Of a stretch of 64,000 nt of DNA, positions 31,804-41,438 are shown piece after piece. Source of the DNA: a candidate division WWE3 bacterium (GTDB lineage Bacteria > Patescibacteriota > WWE3 > UBA101185 > UBA10185). Below the pieces are notes generated by a model. It was not told where the DNA came from and searched no databases. It worked only from the letters and a program-made list of their open reading frames with translations. The position numbers and the translations under genes were made by a program. Within the stretch, counting starts at the first letter, position 1. Every line of letters begins with the position of its first letter. The DNA lies in contig JAAZNV010000006.1 of assembly GCA_012798115.1 (NCBI GenBank), positions 91,971-155,970 on the forward strand, read 5' to 3'.

Positions 31804-32238
31804 ATGGAAAAAATAACTGGAAAAAAATTAAACATGACTCAAGTTTTTACTGATGATGGGAGAGTTGTTCCTGTAACTATTGTTGTTTGTGACGAAGAAG
31901 TACCACCTGAGATTGAAGATAAAGATGTTGTTGTTGTTGGAAAATCGAAAGGAAAGGGGTTTACAGGTGTTATGAAGAAATGGGGATTTCATGGTGGTCC
32001 TGCAACTAGAGGGCAAGGAATTAAAATGAGAACGCCTGGGTCAATTGGATCTCAAACCCCAGGAAGGGTTTTAAAAGGAAAGAAAATGGCAGGGAGAGCT
32101 GGTAATGCAAGAATAACGATTAAGGGTTTAAAAATAGTAAAGGTAGCATCCGACTTAAAACAAATAATGATTTCAGGACCAGTGCCTGGAGCTAGAAATT
32201 CAAAGATTGAAGTAAAGATTTTAGGAGATAACAAATGA
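31804..32238 (+). CDS. rplC: 50S ribosomal protein L3 (short form, 144 aa)
   Basis: MEKITGKKLNMTQVF aligns with MIGLVGKKVGMTRIF of E. coli L3; GKSKGKGFTGVMKKWGF, TPGSIGS, KGKKMAGRAGN; about 65 internal residues absent relative to E. coli L3. Confidence 0.85.
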   Translation: MEKITGKKLNMTQVFTDDGRVVPVTIVVCDEEVPPEIEDKDVVVVGKSKGKGFTGVMKKWGFHGGPATRGQGIKMRTPGSIGSQTPGRVLKGKKMAGRAGNARITIKGLKIVKVASDLKQIMISGPVPGARNSKIEVKILGDNK

Positions 32239-32867
32239 AGGTAAATGTTATTAACTTAAAAGGTGAAAAGATAGAAGAAGTAGAACTTAACAATAATATC
32301 TTTGGAATTAAACCTAATGAAGAAGTTTTGAAGCAGTATATTAGAGTTTATATGTCTAACCAAAGACAAGGAACTTCTTCTGTAAAGAATAGGTCAGAGG
32401 TTTCTGGGGGTGGAAAAAAGCCTTGGGCTCAAAAACATACTGGAAGAGCAAGACAAGGTTCAATTAGAAGTCCAATTTGGGTTCATGGGGGTGTTGCCCA
32501 TGGTCCAAAACCCAAGGATTGGAGATTGTGTATTAGCAAGAATGTTAAAGAATTAGCTTTTAAGTCAATTCTTTCTCAAAGGATGAGTGAAAAGAAAATT
32601 ATGGTATTAGATAAAGTTAAGTTTGATAAACCAAGTACAAAGAAATTTGCAGAAGCATTTAAAAAATTAAAAGTTAGTGGAAGTTCTATCCTTGTTTGGC
32701 TGAAGAAAGATGAGGATTTTCTTAAGAGTGTTAGAAATATCAAAGAAATTACTTTAGTAAATGCTTCAACCTTAGGAGCGTTTGATGTTATAAAGGCAAA
32801 GAATGTTCTTTTTATGAAAGATGCAGTTTTAAGTATTGAAGAAAGGTATAAACATGAGGCTAAGTAA
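32235..32867 (+). CDS. rplD: 50S ribosomal protein L4
   Basis: L4 family; overlaps the rplC stop (ATGA). Confidence 0.9.
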   Translation: MKVNVINLKGEKIEEVELNNNIFGIKPNEEVLKQYIRVYMSNQRQGTSSVKNRSEVSGGGKKPWAQKHTGRARQGSIRSPIWVHGGVAHGPKPKDWRLCISKNVKELAFKSILSQRMSEKKIMVLDKVKFDKPSTKKFAEAFKKLKVSGSSILVWLKKDEDFLKSVRNIKEITLVNASTLGAFDVIKAKNVLFMKDAVLSIEERYKHEAK

Positions 32868-33144
32868 CTTAGTTTTAAAGCCAATAATTACAGAAAAATC
32901 ATACACTTTAGCAAGTGAAGGCAGATATGTATTTAAGGTGAATATGTCTGCGACTAAAAGATCTGTAGCTAAAGAAATAAAAAGGCTTTATGGAGTTGAC
33001 GTTATTGAAGTTAGTACTGCAGTTATGCCTGGTAAATCCAAGAGGATAGCTAGATCCAGGTTAATGAGCAAACCTTTAAAGTGGAAAAAGGCAACTGTTA
33101 AATTAAAAGAAGGACAAAGCATAGATTTGTTTCCTAAAGAATAA
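32854..33144 (+). CDS. rplW: 50S ribosomal protein L23
   Basis: MRLSNLVLKPIITEKS matches L23 N-termini; start taken at internal ATG 32854. Confidence 0.85.
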   Translation: MRLSNLVLKPIITEKSYTLASEGRYVFKVNMSATKRSVAKEIKRLYGVDVIEVSTAVMPGKSKRIARSRLMSKPLKWKKATVKLKEGQSIDLFPKE

Positions 33145-33146
33145 AT

Positions 33147-33977
33147 ATGATTAAAACATATAGACCTACAAGTGAAGGGTTAAGGACAAGGAAAACATTA
33201 GTGAAGAATGTTAACGATGTTAGACCTTATAAACCTTTGTCAAAAGGTGTTGTAGGACCTGTTGGTAGAAGTAGGGGAAAAGTTTCAAGTAGACATATGG
33301 AAAGGGGAGCTAGAAAACTTTATAGAACAGTTGATTTTAAGAGGGATAAGTTTGGAATTCCAGCAAAAGTCTTAACAATAGAAAATGATCCAAATAGAGG
33401 TCCAAATATTGCTCTTTTAGCCTATAAAGATGGGGAAAAAAGATACATTTTGGCACCAGAAGGACTAAAGGTTGGAATGGAAGTTATGTCAGGGAAGGAT
33501 GCAGAAGTGTCTGTTGGAAATTGTCTTCCAATGTCTAATATTCCGCTTGGAGTTTCAATTCATAATGTTGAAGTAAATCCAAAAGCTGGTGGAATTCTTG
33601 TGAGGGGGGCTGGCAATCAAGCTTTAATTATTGCAAAAGAAGGAGACTGTGTTAATGTAAAACTTCCTAGTGGAGAAGTTAAGAAGGTAAGAGGGATATG
33701 TTATGCCACAATTGGAGTTTTAGGAAATGTTGATAAAAGAAACGCTAGACTTGGAAAAGCAGGGAGAAAGAGACATCTTGGAATAAGACCACATGTAAGA
33801 GGTGTTGCTATGGGAGATCCACACAGAGACCACCCACATGCAGGAAAATACAGAACATCTGGTATTGGTATGGCTTCTCCAAAATCTCCATGGGGTTGGA
33901 TTACAAGAGGTGTTAAGACTAGAAGAAGAGTTAGAACTAACTATACTATTGTAAGTAGTAGAAAGGTTAAAAAATAA
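33147..33977 (+). CDS. rplB: 50S ribosomal protein L2
   Basis: GRNxxG-type motifs, HPHAGKYRTSGIG. Confidence 0.95.
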   Translation: MIKTYRPTSEGLRTRKTLVKNVNDVRPYKPLSKGVVGPVGRSRGKVSSRHMERGARKLYRTVDFKRDKFGIPAKVLTIENDPNRGPNIALLAYKDGEKRYILAPEGLKVGMEVMSGKDAEVSVGNCLPMSNIPLGVSIHNVEVNPKAGGILVRGAGNQALIIAKEGDCVNVKLPSGEVKKVRGICYATIGVLGNVDKRNARLGKAGRKRHLGIRPHVRGVAMGDPHRDHPHAGKYRTSGIGMASPKSPWGWITRGVKTRRRVRTNYTIVSSRKVKK

Positions 33978-33992
33978 TTAAAAAGGAAAGAT

Positions 33993-34289
33993 ATGTCTAG
34001 ATCACTTAAAAAAGGAATATATACAGAAGAAAAATTAATATTAAAAGTAAAAAAAGCCTTAAATGGTGACAAGAAGCCTATTAAGACATGGTCAAGAAGA
34101 TCTACTATTATTCCTGAAATGGTTGGTTTGACCTTTGAAGTTTATAACGGGAGAAAGCATCTCCCTGTTTTTGTTACAGAATCTATGGTTGGTCATAAGC
34201 TTGGAGAATTTGCTCCTACAAGAACGTTTAGAGTACATTCTTCAAAGAAGGATTCAGTAGCAGCATCAAGTGTAACTGCTAATAAATAA
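33993..34289 (+). CDS. rpsS: 30S ribosomal protein S19
   Basis: MSRSLKKG...[13 protein letters not shown]. Confidence 0.95.
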   Translation: MSRSLKKGIYTEEKLILKVKKALNGDKKPIKTWSRRSTIIPEMVGLTFEVYNGRKHLPVFVTESMVGHKLGEFAPTRTFRVHSSKKDSVAASSVTANK

Positions 34290-34291
34290 TT

Positions 34292-34642
34292 ATGAGTGAA
34301 ACAAAAATAACAGCAAAATATATGGGAGCAATGGTATCACCTAAGAAGGCAGCTACTGTTTTGGATTTGGTAAGAGGAAGAAGTTTAGAAGAAGCAAAAG
34401 TTATTCTAGCTTTTGATACAAGTAAAGCTGCAAAAATGATATTAAAAGTTGTAAAATCTGCAGAAGCTAATGCAGTAAATAATAATAAAATGGATAAATC
34501 AAAATTAAAGATTAGTGAAATATGGGTTAGCGGAGGACAGAATCTCAAGAGAATGCAGCCTGGAGCTAAAGGGCATGCAGATCCTAGATTGAGAAGGACA
34601 AGTCATATTTATGTAAGTTTGGTTGAAGGAGGCAAAAAGTAA
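34292..34642 (+). CDS. rplV: 50S ribosomal protein L22
   Basis: L22 family. Confidence 0.9.
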   Translation: MSETKITAKYMGAMVSPKKAATVLDLVRGRSLEEAKVILAFDTSKAAKMILKVVKSAEANAVNNNKMDKSKLKISEIWVSGGQNLKRMQPGAKGHADPRLRRTSHIYVSLVEGGKK

Positions 34643-35274
34643 TGGGCCATAAAATAAATGCTATTGGGTATAGATTAGGAATATCAAAAAACTGGGTTTC
34701 TAGATGGTCTGCGTCTAAGAAAGATTATGCTGATCTTGTTCTTGAAGATAGAAAGATTAGAGAACTCTTAAAAGATAAGTTAAGTCTTGCAGGCTTGAAA
34801 AGTGTTGAAATAGAAAGAACTGAGAATGAGATAAATGTGCTGATAAAAGTGTCAAAGCCAGGAGTTGTTATTGGAAAAGGAGGAACTGGAGTTGAAGAAA
34901 TTGAAAAAGAAATTAAGAAAATAACAAGAGGAAAGGTAAAGATAACAGCAGAAGGAGTAAAAGCTCCAGAAGTAGAAGCTCAACTTGTTGCTGACTACAT
35001 TGCAAGACAGCTAAAGAGAAGAGTTCCATACAGGAGAGTGGTTACTTTTGCAATTCGTTCTGCAATGGATAAAGGTGCAAAAGGTATAAAAATAAAATTA
35101 TCAGGAGTATTAAGTGGTAGCAATACTATTTCAAGAAGTGAGGTTTATAAAGAAGGATCAGTTCCTCTTCAAACTTTAAGAGCAGATATTGATTATGCTC
35201 AATATCATTGTCAAATGTTATTTGGGACAATTGGAATAAAAGTGTGGATTTATAAAGGAGAACTTGAAATTTAA
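34642..35274 (+). CDS. rpsC: 30S ribosomal protein S3
   Basis: MGHKINAIGYRLGI, KH domain. Confidence 0.95.
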   Translation: MGHKINAIGYRLGISKNWVSRWSASKKDYADLVLEDRKIRELLKDKLSLAGLKSVEIERTENEINVLIKVSKPGVVIGKGGTGVEEIEKEIKKITRGKVKITAEGVKAPEVEAQLVADYIARQLKRRVPYRRVVTFAIRSAMDKGAKGIKIKLSGVLSGSNTISRSEVYKEGSVPLQTLRADIDYAQYHCQMLFGTIGIKVWIYKGELEI

Positions 35275-35285
35275 GAGGTGTTTAT

Positions 35286-35696
35286 ATGTTGTTAATGCCA
35301 AGGAAAGTAAAATTTAGAAGGCAACAAAGAGGAACAAACAGAGGTTTAGCCGTTAGAGGTTCTGTTATTGCTTATGGAGATTATGCATTAAAGGTTGTTG
35401 ATAGAGGGTTGTTATCTTCAAGACAACTTGAGGCTGCAAGGAAATCTGTAATGCATGAAACAAAAAGAGGTGGAAAGCTTTGGATTAGAGTTTTCCCGGA
35501 CAAACCTATTGCTAAGAAAGCAAATGAAACAAGAATGGGTAGCGGAAAATCTCCAACGGATCATTATGCAGCACTTGTTAAACCAGGAAAGATAGTATTT
35601 GAAATAGCAGGAGTTTCTGAAGAAACAGCAAAAAAAGCTTTTCATAAAGCAGCTGCTAAGTTTCCTATAAGAACAAAGTTTATATCAAAAGAATAA
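35286..35696 (+). CDS. rplP: 50S ribosomal protein L16
   Basis: MLLMPRKVKFRRQQRG. Confidence 0.95.
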   Translation: MLLMPRKVKFRRQQRGTNRGLAVRGSVIAYGDYALKVVDRGLLSSRQLEAARKSVMHETKRGGKLWIRVFPDKPIAKKANETRMGSGKSPTDHYAALVKPGKIVFEIAGVSEETAKKAFHKAAAKFPIRTKFISKE

Positions 35697-35709
35697 AAAG
35701 GAAATTAAG

Positions 35710-35922
35710 ATGATAAAGTTAGAAGAATTTAGAAAAAAAACAAAAGAAGAATTAAAAAAAGAACTGCTTAATCTTGAAAAAGAAGTTCAAAAAGTAGTTT
35801 CTAATGTTTTGCAAAAAAAAGAAAAGAATGTTAAAAAGGTTAGTTACCTTAGAAAAGATGTTGCTAGAGTTAAAACTCTACTGAATGAAAAGTTAAAAGA
35901 AGAAGGAGCTTCTAAAGAATAA
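35710..35922 (+). CDS. rpmC: 50S ribosomal protein L29
   Basis: Small helical protein in the conserved L16-L29-S17 position. Confidence 0.85.
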   Translation: MIKLEEFRKKTKEELKKELLNLEKEVQKVVSNVLQKKEKNVKKVSYLRKDVARVKTLLNEKLKEEGASKE

Positions 35923-35924
35923 AT

Positions 35925-36185
35925 ATGAGTGCTAAAGTTTTTAAAGGAAAAGTTGTGTCGGATAAAATGCAAAATACTGTAGTTGTTGCAGTAGAAATGC
36001 CAAAGAGGCATGATATTTACGATAAGATTCTTAAGAATACAGTTAGGTTAAAAGCTAGGAATGAGCAGGGTGTTGTTAAAGGAGATGAAGTTATTATTGA
36101 GGAATGTAGACCTTTTTCTAAGGAAGTTTCTTTTAAAGTAATTAGTAAAATAGAAAAAGTTTTAGAAGGAAAGAAAGGAAAGTAA
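35925..36185 (+). CDS. rpsQ: 30S ribosomal protein S17
   Basis: KGKVVSDKMQNTVVVAVE OB fold. Confidence 0.9.
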   Translation: MSAKVFKGKVVSDKMQNTVVVAVEMPKRHDIYDKILKNTVRLKARNEQGVVKGDEVIIEECRPFSKEVSFKVISKIEKVLEGKKGK

Positions 36186-36186
36186 G

Positions 36187-36552
36187 ATGTTGCCTATTGG
36201 TTCCTACTTAAAACCAGCTGATAACTCAGGAGCAGTAGCTTTAAAGATCATGGGTATACCAGGATCAAATAAGAGATCTGCAAAGATTGGAGATTTGGTT
36301 ACTGTTGTTATTAAGGGAGCTTCATCAACAGGGATGGTAAAAGATCACACAGTTGCTAAGGCTATAATTGTCAGGGTTAAAAAAGAAATCAGAAGAAAAG
36401 ATGGTAGTTATATCAGGTTTGATGATAATGCAGCTGTTGTTGTTGATAAGGATAAGAACTTAGTTGGAACAAGAGTGTTTGGTCCTATTGCTAGAGAAAT
36501 TAGAGATAAAGGATACTTGAAGATTGTTTCTTTAGCTAAGGAGGTTTTATAA
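36187..36552 (+). CDS. rplN: 50S ribosomal protein L14
   Basis: L14 family. Confidence 0.9.
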   Translation: MLPIGSYLKPADNSGAVALKIMGIPGSNKRSAKIGDLVTVVIKGASSTGMVKDHTVAKAIIVRVKKEIRRKDGSYIRFDDNAAVVVDKDKNLVGTRVFGPIAREIRDKGYLKIVSLAKEVL

Positions 36553-36555
36553 GTT

Positions 36556-36873
36556 ATGAAGATAAGAAAAGGTGATAAGGTAAAAGTCATATCAGGAAAG
36601 GACAAGGGAAAGATCTCATCTGTACTGAGGGTGTTGCCTGATAGGAATCAATTAGTTGTTGAGGGTGTCGGAGTTGTTAAAAGACATGTTAAGCCAGGGA
36701 CTATATCAAAAGAAGGAGGAATTGTTAATGTTGAGAAGGCAATAAATGCTTCTAATGTTATGTATTATGACGACAAAGGTAAAAAGACTTTAAGAATTGG
36801 TTATAAAGTAATTGATGGAAAAAAATACAGAATAAACAAGAAGACTGGAGATGTCTTAGATAAAAAACTATGA
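36556..36873 (+). CDS. rplX: 50S ribosomal protein L24
   Basis: MKIRKGDKVKVISGKDKGK KOW motif. Confidence 0.9.
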   Translation: MKIRKGDKVKVISGKDKGKISSVLRVLPDRNQLVVEGVGVVKRHVKPGTISKEGGIVNVEKAINASNVMYYDDKGKKTLRIGYKVIDGKKYRINKKTGDVLDKKL

Positions 36874-37424
36874 ATAGATTAAAAGAACAATACAATAAAA
36901 TAATTGTTCCAAAGATAAAAGAAGAGTTTAAGCTTGGAAATGTTATGGAAGTTCCGAAGATAGTTAAGATAAATATTAACTCTGGCATTGGACCATTTAG
37001 AGAGAATAAAGAAGCCGTTGATTCTTTTGCTGAAGAACTATCTAACATTGCTGGGCAAAAAGTATACCCAAGGTCTGCAAAGAAATCAGAAGCTGGGTTT
37101 AAGATAAAGCAAGGAGATGTGGTAGGGTTTGCAGTTACTTTAAGAGGAGAAAGAATGTGGGCTTTTTTTGATAAACTTGTTAACATTGCATTTCCGAGAA
37201 TTAGGGATTTTAGAGGATTTAGTACAGTATCTTTTGACCATGATGGAAACTATTCCATTGGCATAAGAGAGCATGTTATATTTCCTGAAGTAAATCCAAA
37301 CACTACCAAGGGAATTAGAAGCTTACAAGTTACTATTGTTTTTAATTCCAAGGAAGTTGAAAAGAATAAGTTTTTATTGAAAGAGTTTGGTTTTCCGTTC
37401 GCGGAAGAAAAGAAAGATCAATAA
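36870..37424 (+). CDS. rplE: 50S ribosomal protein L5
   Basis: L5 family. Confidence 0.9.
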   Translation: MNRLKEQYNKIIVPKIKEEFKLGNVMEVPKIVKININSGIGPFRENKEAVDSFAEELSNIAGQKVYPRSAKKSEAGFKIKQGDVVGFAVTLRGERMWAFFDKLVNIAFPRIRDFRGFSTVSFDHDGNYSIGIREHVIFPEVNPNTTKGIRSLQVTIVFNSKEVEKNKFLLKEFGFPFAEEKKDQ

Positions 37425-37426
37425 CT

Positions 37427-37612
37427 ATGGCTAAAGAAGCATTAATTGCTAAACATAAAAGAAAACAAAAATTTAGTGTTAGAGAATATACTAGGTGTTC
37501 TATATGTGGAAATCCAAGAGGTTACATGAGAAGGTTTAAGATTTGTAGAAAGTGTTTTAGGGAAATGGCTCACAAGGGAGAGCTTCCCGGAGTCAGAAAG
37601 GCTAGTTGGTAA
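37427..37612 (+). CDS. rpsN: 30S ribosomal protein S14 type Z (zinc-binding)
   Basis: 61 aa, [23 protein letters not shown]. Confidence 0.9.
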   Translation: MAKEALIAKHKRKQKFSVREYTRCSICGNPRGYMRRFKICRKCFREMAHKGELPGVRKASW

Positions 37613-37613
37613 T

Positions 37614-38012
37614 ATGAGTGTAGATAGAATATCAAATATGTTAAGTACTATTAAAAATTGCTCTATGTCTGGCAGAGATTTTGTGGAAGTTTCTTATTCA
37701 AAAGAATGTGAAGCCATTGCAAAAGTTTTAGAAGAAAAAGGATTTTTGGAAGGAGTAAAAGTTTTTAAGAAGGAAAAAAGCTCCGCTAAGATGATTCATA
37801 TTGGTCTTGTTAAAGAAAATGGTAGAGCAAAACTGACTGAAGTTAGAAGGATATCCAAACCAGGAAGAAGGATATATAAAGGTGCAAAGGAACTAAAGAG
37901 TGTTCTACAAGGGTTTGGTGTTCTTGTTGTTTCCACATCAAGAGGGATAATGTCAGGAACTGAAGCAAGAAAGAAAAAACTTGGTGGGGAAGTTTTGTGC
38001 GAGGTTTATTAA
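37614..38012 (+). CDS. rpsH: 30S ribosomal protein S8
   Basis: S8 family. Confidence 0.9.
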   Translation: MSVDRISNMLSTIKNCSMSGRDFVEVSYSKECEAIAKVLEEKGFLEGVKVFKKEKSSAKMIHIGLVKENGRAKLTEVRRISKPGRRIYKGAKELKSVLQGFGVLVVSTSRGIMSGTEARKKKLGGEVLCEVY

Positions 38013-38013
38013 A

Positions 38014-38574
38014 ATGAGCAGAATCGGAAGGAAACCAATTGAGATAACACAAGGAGTTACCGTTGAAGTAAACGGAGGTGAAGTTGTTGTTAGAGGCCCA
38101 AAAGGAGTATTAACATGTGGTTTTGAGAAGGAAATTGGAGTAAAGGTGAAGGAAGGTGTTGTGAGAGTTGAAGTACTCCACGAATCAAAAAGATCCAATG
38201 CTTTGTGGGGTTTAACAAGGGCTTTGGTTGCTAATATGATAAAAGGAGTAACAGAAGGATTTGAAAAAAAGTTAGAATTAGTTGGAGTAGGTTATAGAGC
38301 CAAGTCAGTCTCTCCAAGTGAAGTGGTTTTAACGGTAGGTTTTTCTCATCCTGTTGAGTTTAAAGCTCCAGAAGGAATAGTAATAAATGTTGTTGATAAC
38401 ACCCACCTTACTGTGTCTGGTGCTGACAAGCAACTTGTGGGGTTAGTAGCAGCTAAGATTAGGAAAATTAAAAAACCAGAACCATACAAAGGAAAAGGGA
38501 TTAGATATGAAGGGGAAAGAGTAAGAAGAAAAGCTGGTAAGGCAGGAAAAGTTGGATCTGGAGGAGCAGCTTAA
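38014..38574 (+). CDS. rplF: 50S ribosomal protein L6
   Basis: MSRIGRKPIEI; start at ATG 38014 (the ORF-track TTG extension was rejected). Confidence 0.9.
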   Translation: MSRIGRKPIEITQGVTVEVNGGEVVVRGPKGVLTCGFEKEIGVKVKEGVVRVEVLHESKRSNALWGLTRALVANMIKGVTEGFEKKLELVGVGYRAKSVSPSEVVLTVGFSHPVEFKAPEGIVINVVDNTHLTVSGADKQLVGLVAAKIRKIKKPEPYKGKGIRYEGERVRRKAGKAGKVGSGGAA

Positions 38575-38575
38575 T

Positions 38576-38935
38576 ATGTACCATGTTAGGTTAAGAAAAA
38601 ACAATAGAATACAAAGGAAGATGAGAGTTAGAAGAAGAATACTTGGTAAATCAAACGAACTAAGATTAACAGTATTTAGATCTAATAAGTATATTTATGC
38701 TCAAATTGTTGATGATACTAAAGGAGCAACCTTAGTAGAAGCTTCTTCTAAAAGCATGAAGAACTTAAAGGGGAAAACAAAATGTGAAGAAGCATTTGAA
38801 GTGGGTAAAGAAATTGCTAAAAAAGCTTTGAGCAAAGATATTAAAACGGTTGTTTTTGATAGGAATGGATTTAGATATCATGGAAGAATAAAGTCAGTTG
38901 CAGATGGAGCTAGAGAAGGAGGTTTAAGATTATGA
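38576..38935 (+). CDS. rplR: 50S ribosomal protein L18
   Basis: L18 family (KYIYAQIVDD); start at ATG 38576. Confidence 0.85.
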   Translation: MYHVRLRKNNRIQRKMRVRRRILGKSNELRLTVFRSNKYIYAQIVDDTKGATLVEASSKSMKNLKGKTKCEEAFEVGKEIAKKALSKDIKTVVFDRNGFRYHGRIKSVADGAREGGLRL

Positions 38936-39459
38936 TGGAAAGAAGAAAAGAAGGAAATATTAATAAGATGGAAAACAAAAAAGGTAGAAGCATTAGGGAT
39001 TCTAGAATGAACCAAAACTTTATGCCCAAAGTAAGTGAATATGAAGAGAAAGTCCTTGAGATAAAAAGAGTAGCTAAGAAGATAAAAGGTGGAAATACAA
39101 TTGGATTTACAGTCTTGGTTGTTGTAGGAAATAGAAATGGAAAAGTTGGTTATGGTTATGACAAGGCAAGAAATGTTTCTGATGCTATTCAGAAGGCTGT
39201 GGCTGCAGCAAAAAAGAACATTGTTGAAATAAAGTTAAAAGGAAAAACTATTTCACATGAAACGTTTGCCAAGTATGGATCAGCAAGAGTTGTGTTAAGA
39301 CCAGCTCCTGAAGGAACGGGTATTATTGCAGGTGGGTCTGTGAGAATAGTTGTAGGATTAGCAGGTATAAAGGATATTTCTTCTAAAGTCTTAGGTTCAA
39401 AGAATAAGCTTTCTAATGTTAGGTGCACTATTAAAGCACTTCAAAAGTTAAAGGAATAA
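38932..39459 (+). CDS. rpsE: 30S ribosomal protein S5
   Basis: dsRBD plus S5 C-terminal domain. Confidence 0.9.
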   Translation: MMERRKEGNINKMENKKGRSIRDSRMNQNFMPKVSEYEEKVLEIKRVAKKIKGGNTIGFTVLVVVGNRNGKVGYGYDKARNVSDAIQKAVAAAKKNIVEIKLKGKTISHETFAKYGSARVVLRPAPEGTGIIAGGSVRIVVGLAGIKDISSKVLGSKNKLSNVRCTIKALQKLKE

Positions 39460-39461
39460 TT

Positions 39462-39905
39462 ATGGAGCTATCTAAATTGACCAAATATAAAACAGAAAAA
39501 AAGTCCAAGAGAGTAGGTAGAGGTAGAGGTAGTGGCAAAGGTGGCCATACTGTAGGAAAAGGAACGAAAGGTCAAAAAGCAAGAAGAGGAACTAAATTTG
39601 GGCTTGGCTTTGAAGGAGGCCAATCACCTTTATACAAAAGACTCCCTCAAATTGGTGGTTTCAGAAGACATCTCTCAAAAGAGATACAAGTTGTAAATTT
39701 AAATACTTTTAACTCTTTTAAAGATGGTGAAGTCGTAACCCCAGAAGTACTTCTTGAGAAAAAAATAATCAAGAATGTTTCTTCAGATGGTGTTAAAATA
39801 CTCTCAGGTGGGGATCTAAAAAAGAAACTTACCTTAAAGAACTTTTTGTTCTCTAAAGAAGCTAAAGAAAAAATTGAGAAATCTGGTTCTAAAATAAATG
39901 TTTAG
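39462..39905 (+). CDS. rplO: 50S ribosomal protein L15 (follows S5 directly; no L30 gene in between)
   Basis: RVGRGRGSGKGGHTVGKGTKGQKAR. Confidence 0.9.
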   Translation: MELSKLTKYKTEKKSKRVGRGRGSGKGGHTVGKGTKGQKARRGTKFGLGFEGGQSPLYKRLPQIGGFRRHLSKEIQVVNLNTFNSFKDGEVVTPEVLLEKKIIKNVSSDGVKILSGGDLKKKLTLKNFLFSKEAKEKIEKSGSKINV

Positions 39906-41154
39906 AGTATTTAAATCTCAAGAGTTAAGAAGAAAGATATTTTTTACAATTGTTGTTATTGCTATATTTAGACTTTTAGCTCATATCCCAGTTCCTGGAG
40001 TTGACTCAAGTGCTATTAAGTCTTACTTGCAAAGTAGTACATTCTTTGGGTTTTTTGATTTGTTTAGTGGTGGTGGCTTCCAGAATTTTTCTATTGTTAC
40101 ACTTGGCTTAGGACCTTATATTAATGCTTCCATTATTATTCAGCTTTTGACTATGTTAATCCCATCACTTGAAGAAATGTCCAAGGAAGGTGAATATGGA
40201 CAAGAAAAGATAAACTCGTACACTAAGCTTTTAACTGTTCCTATGGCATTTATTCAATCGTATGGCATTTACTTTTTATTAAGCAAGCAAAGTGTGATTA
40301 GTTCTCTTGATCCTGTTGGTTTAATAATTCTATTGTTAACTTTCACTGCTGGTACTTTATTCTTAGTGTGGCTTGGAGATTTGGTAACTGAAAAGGGAGT
40401 AGGAAATGGGGTTTCTCTCTTAATTTTTGTTTCTATAATTAGTAGATTACCTGCTTCTTTGCTAGTTACCATAACGAGAATGTTAGATTCAGGTTGGCAA
40501 GAAGCCTTAGTTTTGTTGATTATCTCATTACTGATTATCATTGGAGTGGTTCTTGTTAATGAAGGAACGAGAAATATACCTCTTGAATATGGAAGAAGGG
40601 GAGAAAGATCTCAAAAAGTTACTAATTATCTTCCTATTAAAATAAATCAAGCTGGGGTTATTCCTATAATATTTGCTGTTTCTATTGTTTCAATACCAGG
40701 TCTTATAGGAGGTCCTTTCATGGCTTCTGATAATGTTAAATTAAAAGCAATAGGAACTTTTCTAACAACTAATTTTCATTCTGAAACTTTTTCTTATAAC
40801 TTAATATATTTTTTAATGGTAGTAGCTTTTACCTTCTTTTATACATTTGTTCAGTTTAAACCTGAGAAGATTGCAGATGATATTAAAAAGAGAGGTGGTT
40901 TTGTTCCTGGTGTAAGACCTGGAGGATCTACTGCAGAGTACTTAAAGAAAATCATTACTAGGGTTACTCTTTCTGGAGCAGTATTTTTAGGTGTTATTGC
41001 TATTCTTCCTTATTTCGTACAAAAAGTATTTGGGATTAGCTCTATGATGATAGGAGGATCTAGTATTCTAATTGTTGTTTCTGTTGTTCTTGAGACAGTA
41101 AGACAAGTGGAATCGTTGATGGTTACAAGAAATTATGAAAAGTTTTTAGGATAA
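39898..41154 (+). CDS. secY: preprotein translocase subunit SecY
   Basis: 10 TM; secY signature regions. Confidence 0.9.
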   Translation: MFRVFKSQELRRKIFFTIVVIAIFRLLAHIPVPGVDSSAIKSYLQSSTFFGFFDLFSGGGFQNFSIVTLGLGPYINASIIIQLLTMLIPSLEEMSKEGEYGQEKINSYTKLLTVPMAFIQSYGIYFLLSKQSVISSLDPVGLIILLLTFTAGTLFLVWLGDLVTEKGVGNGVSLLIFVSIISRLPASLLVTITRMLDSGWQEALVLLIISLLIIIGVVLVNEGTRNIPLEYGRRGERSQKVTNYLPIKINQAGVIPIIFAVSIVSIPGLIGGPFMASDNVKLKAIGTFLTTNFHSETFSYNLIYFLMVVAFTFFYTFVQFKPEKIADDIKKRGGFVPGVRPGGSTAEYLKKIITRVTLSGAVFLGVIAILPYFVQKVFGISSMMIGGSSILIVVSVVLETVRQVESLMVTRNYEKFLG

Positions 41155-41170
41155 TTGGTAAAATATTAAT

Positions 41171-41437
41171 ATGTTTGAAAAGGTAAAAGAATTAAATAAA
41201 TTTAAACAAGCTCAAAGTAAAATAAAGAAGCAAATGGAAGGAATATTCTCAACAAGAGAAAAGGGAGATATGAGAGTAGTTGTAAGAGGAGATAAGAAGA
41301 TTCAAAAAATTGAAATAAACGGAGAAGATCAAAAAGAATTAAAAGACTTAATTAATGATACTTTTGGAGATGTAGATAAAAAGGTAGAAAAACAAATGAG
41401 AGGACAGTTAAAAGATTTAGGTCTCCCAGATTTTTAA
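41171..41437 (+). CDS. ybaB: YbaB/EbfC-family nucleoid-associated protein
   Basis: KQAQSKIKKQMEG ... INGEDQ ... LKDLINDTFGDV ... LGLP matches the YbaB family pattern. Confidence 0.7.
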   Translation: MFEKVKELNKFKQAQSKIKKQMEGIFSTREKGDMRVVVRGDKKIQKIEINGEDQKELKDLINDTFGDVDKKVEKQMRGQLKDLGLPDF

Positions 41438-41438
41438 T

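Noticed and set aside
23294-32884. Minus-strand ORFs within rpoC, fusA, tuf, rplC and rplD (e.g. 23294-23533, 26184-26471, 28249-28455, 30447-30893, 32576-32884)
   Set aside because: Antisense to highly conserved genes, with low-complexity composition.
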